64,000 nucleotides of DNA from Patescibacteria group bacterium (GTDB lineage: Bacteria > Patescibacteriota > Microgenomatia > Daviesbacterales > UBA10151), in the NCBI GenBank assembly GCA_943356485.1, contig CALRFD010000001.1:137716-201715 (forward strand), read 5' to 3'. Below are positions 60,202-64,000 of the stretch, in pieces. Under the pieces are notes generated by a model, which saw only the letters and a program-made list of their open reading frames with translations, did no database searches and was not told the DNA's origin. Made by a program: the position numbers and the translations under genes. The stretch's first letter is position 1, and the number at the start of each line of letters is the position of its first letter.

Positions 60202-60843
60202 ATGAGTTTTCCACAGTATTTGTATAGGTTTTTTAATCAAAAAGATCATAGAGATCAGTTTATTCAAGGATTAATTCGATTTGGGAGATTAGAGGCATAT
60301 AAAGAAATCGAAGATGAACAAAGGAAAGATAAAGATGAGGGAGATCCAAGAGGAAAATATAAAACAGATAAACAAATTTATCTCAAAATAAGCAATCAAA
60401 CAGGAAAGGTAGTAGAGCATGGAATTAAGTTAGGAGATATTAATATATCAGGATATAGTCCAAATAATTTCTTTATTGTTTCGGCAACAGACGAGAAAGT
60501 TAATGTAGAAAAGATATCAGAAAAATTTGGTAAGTATGTAGTAAAAATTAACAATCCTCAGAAATTGCTTGATTTATTAAATAAAAACCGTAAATTCCCT
60601 TGGAGCGTAGGCAAGATTGTATTAGAGCGAGTGAAATATGATAAGGATAATTATTTAGAGATAGAAGAAAGTAATCCTCATTTACCATTTGGCTACTATT
60701 ATGCTCAAAAACCCCAAATGTTTTCTGATGAAATGGAGTGGAGATTTGTGTTAATAGGAAGTGGTATTGATGAGCTGGAAGATAAATTTGTAGTTATAGA
60801 GATAGGTTCTATAGAGAATATAATTACCCGTATAGATTTATGA
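60202..60843 (+). CDS. Hypothetical protein (213 aa)
   Basis: AT-rich ORF; K...F..E.EWR motif; leaderless TATAAT. Confidence 0.75.
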   Translation: MSFPQYLYRFFNQKDHRDQFIQGLIRFGRLEAYKEIEDEQRKDKDEGDPRGKYKTDKQIYLKISNQTGKVVEHGIKLGDINISGYSPNNFFIVSATDEKVNVEKISEKFGKYVVKINNPQKLLDLLNKNRKFPWSVGKIVLERVKYDKDNYLEIEESNPHLPFGYYYAQKPQMFSDEMEWRFVLIGSGIDELEDKFVVIEIGSIENIITRIDL

Positions 60844-60869
60844 TTAGACACACATAGAAATAGACGTCT

Positions 60870-61220
60870 CTATCTTTTTTCCCCAGATATTGTAGCTACT
60901 CTCTCCATAAGCCTCTGATTCTCTTCCAGTTGTGTCTTATAATCCTTTAAAAGGACATTTCTTTCTTCAAGTCTTTGTGAATAATCTTGATAGGCAGCGT
61001 TATTTATTTGAAATAAACTAACTATCATTTGTACAAAGGCTATAAAAACTACTACAACTACACCGCCCGTAATCCAACTAATATCTCTAAATTTATCACT
61101 TAATCTTTTTTCTGAATACTCACTAGACTGTCTTACGCTCTCAGTGATAACTGCCAATTCTTGTATAGTAAATTGATTAGTCTGTTCTTGAGGAGTATTT
61201 TGTCTTCTTGGTGGTGTCAT
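60870..61220 (-). CDS. Hypothetical single-TM coiled-coil protein
   Basis: 116 aa with one TM; ATGA-coupled to the upstream ORF. Confidence 0.65.
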   Translation of the reverse strand: MTPPRRQNTPQEQTNQFTIQELAVITESVRQSSEYSEKRLSDKFRDISWITGGVVVVVFIAFVQMIVSLFQINNAAYQDYSQRLEERNVLLKDYKTQLEENQRLMERVATISGEKR

Positions 61221-61441
61221 TTGTAAACTCCTATAATTTCATTTATTCCACCAGGTTGTTCTACAACTGAAAAATCCTTACCCATAAATAGGGTAAAATC
61301 AATACCGGCAAAAGATACTCCTCGCGTAAATCTCACGCCCGGCCCAAATTCTACTCCACCCACCCGTATTCTAACTAAAGGCTCAACGCCGCCATCAAAA
61401 TTGATTTTAAATAGTTGATTGAAGTTCTTTTTTACTGGCAT
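61217..61441 (-). CDS. Small hypothetical protein (74 aa)
   Basis: Gly-rich beta-type ORF coupled to the next gene. Confidence 0.6.
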   Translation of the reverse strand: MPVKKNFNQLFKINFDGGVEPLVRIRVGGVEFGPGVRFTRGVSFAGIDFTLFMGKDFSVVEQPGGINEIIGVYK

Positions 61442-61495
61442 ATACGAATACTTAACCTGAAACTAATTCTAACAGATATATAATTAATCTTATAG

Positions 61496-61597
61496 CTAGA
61501 ATAATTCCTTTATTTGAACTTTTAAGACTTTAGCTATTTTTTCAATAGTTTCTAGAGAAGAGGACTTTCTTCCTTGCTCAATTTGGCCTAATTGCAT
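61496..61597 (-). pseudogene. XRE/Cro HTH regulator remnant (C-terminal half only)
   Basis: LGQIEQGRK...SLETIEKIAKVLKVQIKELF*; the N-terminal helices are absent. Confidence 0.6.
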
Positions 61598-61601
61598 TTG
61601 A

Positions 61602-61859
61602 TTATTTGTACTTCTTTACGGTAATTTTATATGGATTAACTGTTCCTGTTTTGCCTGTGTATGGATTGTAATTTCCTTTTGTTGAAAAGTTATCAATTTT
61701 TGTTTTATTTGGAGAGGATTTAAAATGAGGGGCAACATATGTGCCTTTTTTCGTAACGTATCCTTTGACGCGAGTAGCAGCGCTGACAGAAGATACGTTA
61801 ATAACGAAGATTGAAACAGTTAATAAAAAAGCTACAAAAATACTAAATATTTTTCTCAC
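61602..61859 (-). CDS. Small secreted basic protein
   Basis: Signal peptide followed by VKGY..K.GTYVAPH..S.PN....DN.STKGN.NPYTG. Confidence 0.8.
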   Translation of the reverse strand: MRKIFSIFVAFLLTVSIFVINVSSVSAATRVKGYVTKKGTYVAPHFKSSPNKTKIDNFSTKGNYNPYTGKTGTVNPYKITVKKYK

Positions 61860-61926
61860 GAGCCAATTGTATCTAATATGATTAATTTAAACAATCTCGC
61901 ATTTCAAGTGGTATAATGTCGGTATT

Positions 61927-62250
61927 ATGACACACAAGAATATATCATTGCGCTGTATTACTTATCAAGAAAAAGATGGCTCTTTTACAGGGGTTTGTCT
62001 TGATTTGGACATCGTGGAAGAGGGACATATTAGCTTAGAAGAGGCAGTTCTAAGCATTAACGATGCTATTTTATCTCATTTTCAAGCTGCTGCGAAGTTG
62101 GATTTTCCCAAAGAGTTGGTCACTAGATTAGCGCCAAAAGAGTATTGGAACAAACTAAAAGAAGTTACCCAAGAAAACCCATCTCACAAAAAGTTTGAGC
62201 CGTTCCAATTTTTTACCAGACAATTTACTCCTGGTTTGATGTATGCCTAA
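61927..62250 (+). CDS. hicB: HicB-like antitoxin
   Basis: EKDGSFTGVCLDLDIVEEG..LEEA...I.DAI; overlaps hicA. Confidence 0.7.
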   Translation: MTHKNISLRCITYQEKDGSFTGVCLDLDIVEEGHISLEEAVLSINDAILSHFQAAAKLDFPKELVTRLAPKEYWNKLKEVTQENPSHKKFEPFQFFTRQFTPGLMYA

Positions 62251-62488
62251 ATATAAACCTCTTAAATATCGTGATGTGGTCACTATTCTAAAAAATCTAG
62301 GTTTTATTCAAGAAAGCGGTACTGGTTCTTCACACCAAACATGGGTTCTAAAAAGAAACGGCATGAGTTTTGCTGTAACGGTTGCTTTTCATGGAAATAA
62401 TCAGGAATTTAGGCCGGGTACTTTAGGATCAATGATTCGCCAAAGCGGATTTACAAAAGAAGAATTTTATAAAGCTCTCAAAAACTAA
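62243..62488 (+). CDS. hicA: HicA-family toxin
   Basis: L..LGF....GSSH...VTV..H....PGTL.SMIRQSG.T.EEF. Confidence 0.88.
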   Translation: MPKYKPLKYRDVVTILKNLGFIQESGTGSSHQTWVLKRNGMSFAVTVAFHGNNQEFRPGTLGSMIRQSGFTKEEFYKALKN

Positions 62489-62501
62489 AATATCACACTC
62501 C

Positions 62502-62525
62502 CCACCTCCGAAGCGGATTAGGTAG
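62502..62525 (+). repeat. 24-bp imperfect direct repeat, right copy
   Basis: CCACCTCCGAAGCGGATTAGGTAG. Confidence 0.75.
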
Positions 62526-62588
62526 AGACACATTGGATAAGGCTCACGTTTAATCCGTGACTTAAGTTATAATTGGGCAAAGAATATT

Positions 62589-64000
62589 ATGAATAATGAT
62601 AATTTTCAATCAGCTTATAAAATTTTAAACCCCGCTCAAAAAGATGCTGTAGACAGCATCGAAGGTCCGGTGATGGTAATTGCCGGGCCGGGTACTGGCA
62701 AAACCCAAATACTCACACTTCGCATTGCCAATATTCTACTAAAAACTCAGGTTAATCCGGAAAATATTTTAGCTTTAACTTTTTCCGAAAGCGCAAGTTT
62801 TCAAATGCGTGAAAGGCTTTCGAAAATAATTGGTACAAGTGCTTTTAAAGTAGATATTTCTACCTTCCATTCTTTTGCAAATGAAATTATTAAAAATTAT
62901 CCGGATGAATTTTCCAACCTTTTATCTTCAGAAAATATTACTGAAACAGAACAGATAGAGTTAATAGAAAAATTAATTGAATCAATAACTTTAAAAGTGT
63001 TACGTCCGTACGGCGATCCGCTGTACTATTTAAAAGATATTCTAAGTGCAATTAATGATTTGAAAAAAGAGGGTATTACTTCGGAAAAGTTGGTAAAGGC
63101 TATAAATAAACAAAAAGCAGATTTTGATTTGATAGAAGATTTATACCATGAAAAAGGAAGGTATAAAGGTGAGATGAAGGGCAAATATCAGGATCTAAAA
63201 AAGGATATAGAAAAGTCAGAAGAGTTTTCATTGGTTTTTGAAAATTACGAAAAGGCTTTAGTTAAAGAAAGAAAATATGATTTCAATGATATGTTGCTTG
63301 AAGTTATAAAAGCTCTTGAATTCAATAAATCTTTATTACTTAGGATACAAGAAAAATATCACTATATTCTAATTGATGAACATCAGGATACCAATGCTGC
63401 CCAAAACAAACTAGTTGAACTCATTGCGTCATTTTATGATATACCGAACTTATTTGTGGTGGGTGATGAAAAACAGTCAATATACAGATTCCAGGTGGCA
63501 TCTCTTGAGAATTTTTTATATTTTAAAAATTTATATCCGCAAGCAAGATTAATAAATTTAGAAACAAATTACCGTTCGCACCAACTGATTTTGGACGCCT
63601 CTCAAAGCATGATAGAAAAAAATATTTCTGCAAATATTTTACCCCAAAAAAACTTACTTGCAGACAGTAGCTTTAAAGGAGAAAAGATTAATCTGGTACA
63701 ACTTTCAGATTTTCATCTGGAATATGAATATATTGCCAAAAATATATCAGAGAAAATTAAAGCGGGTGAAAACCCTTCATCAATAGCAGTTCTTGCAAGA
63801 AGAAATATGGATTTATCTCCCCTTGTGTCAGTACTCACGAGACATGGAATTAAATCTGTCATTGCCTCAGATCAGGATGTATTGGCTGATCTGCAAGTAC
63901 AAAAATTAATCATGTTGTTGGAATCAATCAATAATCCCTTTGATGAGGTGTTATTAATTCGGGCAATGCACATAGATTTTTTAAATATTGATCCATTTGA
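62589..64000 (+). CDS. UvrD/PcrA-family SF1 DNA helicase, 5' part; runs off the window end
   Basis: LNPAQKDAV, AGPGTGKT, ILALTF, STFHSF, IDEHQDTN, VGDEKQSIYRFQ, NYRS. Confidence 0.93.
   Translation, partial: MNNDNFQSAYKILNPAQKDAVDSIEGPVMVIAGPGTGKTQILTLRIANILLKTQVNPENILALTFSESASFQMRERLSKIIGTSAFKVDISTFHSFANEIIKNYPDEFSNLLSSENITETEQIELIEKLIESITLKVLRPYGDPLYYLKDILSAINDLKKEGITSEKLVKAINKQKADFDLIEDLYHEKGRYKGEMKGKYQDLKKDIEKSEEFSLVFENYEKALVKERKYDFNDMLLEVIKALEFNKSLLLRIQEKYHYILIDEHQDTNAAQNKLVELIASFYDIPNLFVVGDEKQSIYRFQVASLENFLYFKNLYPQARLINLETNYRSHQLILDASQSMIEKNISANILPQKNLLADSSFKGEKINLVQLSDFHLEYEYIAKNISEKIKAGENPSSIAVLARRNMDLSPLVSVLTRHGIKSVIASDQDVLADLQVQKLIMLLESINNPFDEVLLIRAMHIDFLNIDPF

Noticed and set aside
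59544-62525. Integron cassette array or prophage
   Set aside because: No integrase, no convincing attC sites, mixed gene orientation and no phage structural genes.
63470-63510. Helicase motif III reading YRFQVA instead of YRFQGA
   Set aside because: A single substitution in an otherwise open, motif-complete frame is not enough to call inactivation.

Overview
This 64-kb window is a gene-dense, AT-rich bacterial chromosome segment using the standard code. Gene content and style suggest a Patescibacteria/CPR genome, probably Microgenomates (inference; no rRNA or marker search was possible). Housekeeping genes (valS partial, tsaD, thpR, ahcY, murB, groES/groEL, tatD, pgeF, metG, a partial UvrD/PcrA helicase) are mixed with many orphan ORFs, three type II toxin-antitoxin pairs and two Fic genes. 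The main unexplained structure is a set of tiny repeat elements: a 20/21-bp GC palindrome (CCTGCCTGCCGGCAGGCAGG), a 34-bp hairpin with covarying arms, REP-like CCTGAGC..GTCGAAGG elements and heptamer arrays. They sit in frame inside conserved genes (five sites in tsaD, one in the PfkB kinase, two in tatD), insert precisely into one another, and also interrupt a SAM-I riboswitch. Other highlights: (1) a compact fatty-acid elongation locus (fabF, fabG, and an SDR with a Y-X6-K motif fused to FabZ) bracketed by candidate CRP/FNR operators, unexpected in a CPR genome; (2) two cargo blocks bounded by direct repeats; (3) two orphan proteins with cysteine-protease-like motifs; (4) an orphan gene between groES and groEL; (5) pervasive leaderless promoters. 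No CRISPR array, tRNA, rRNA or transposase was recognised.
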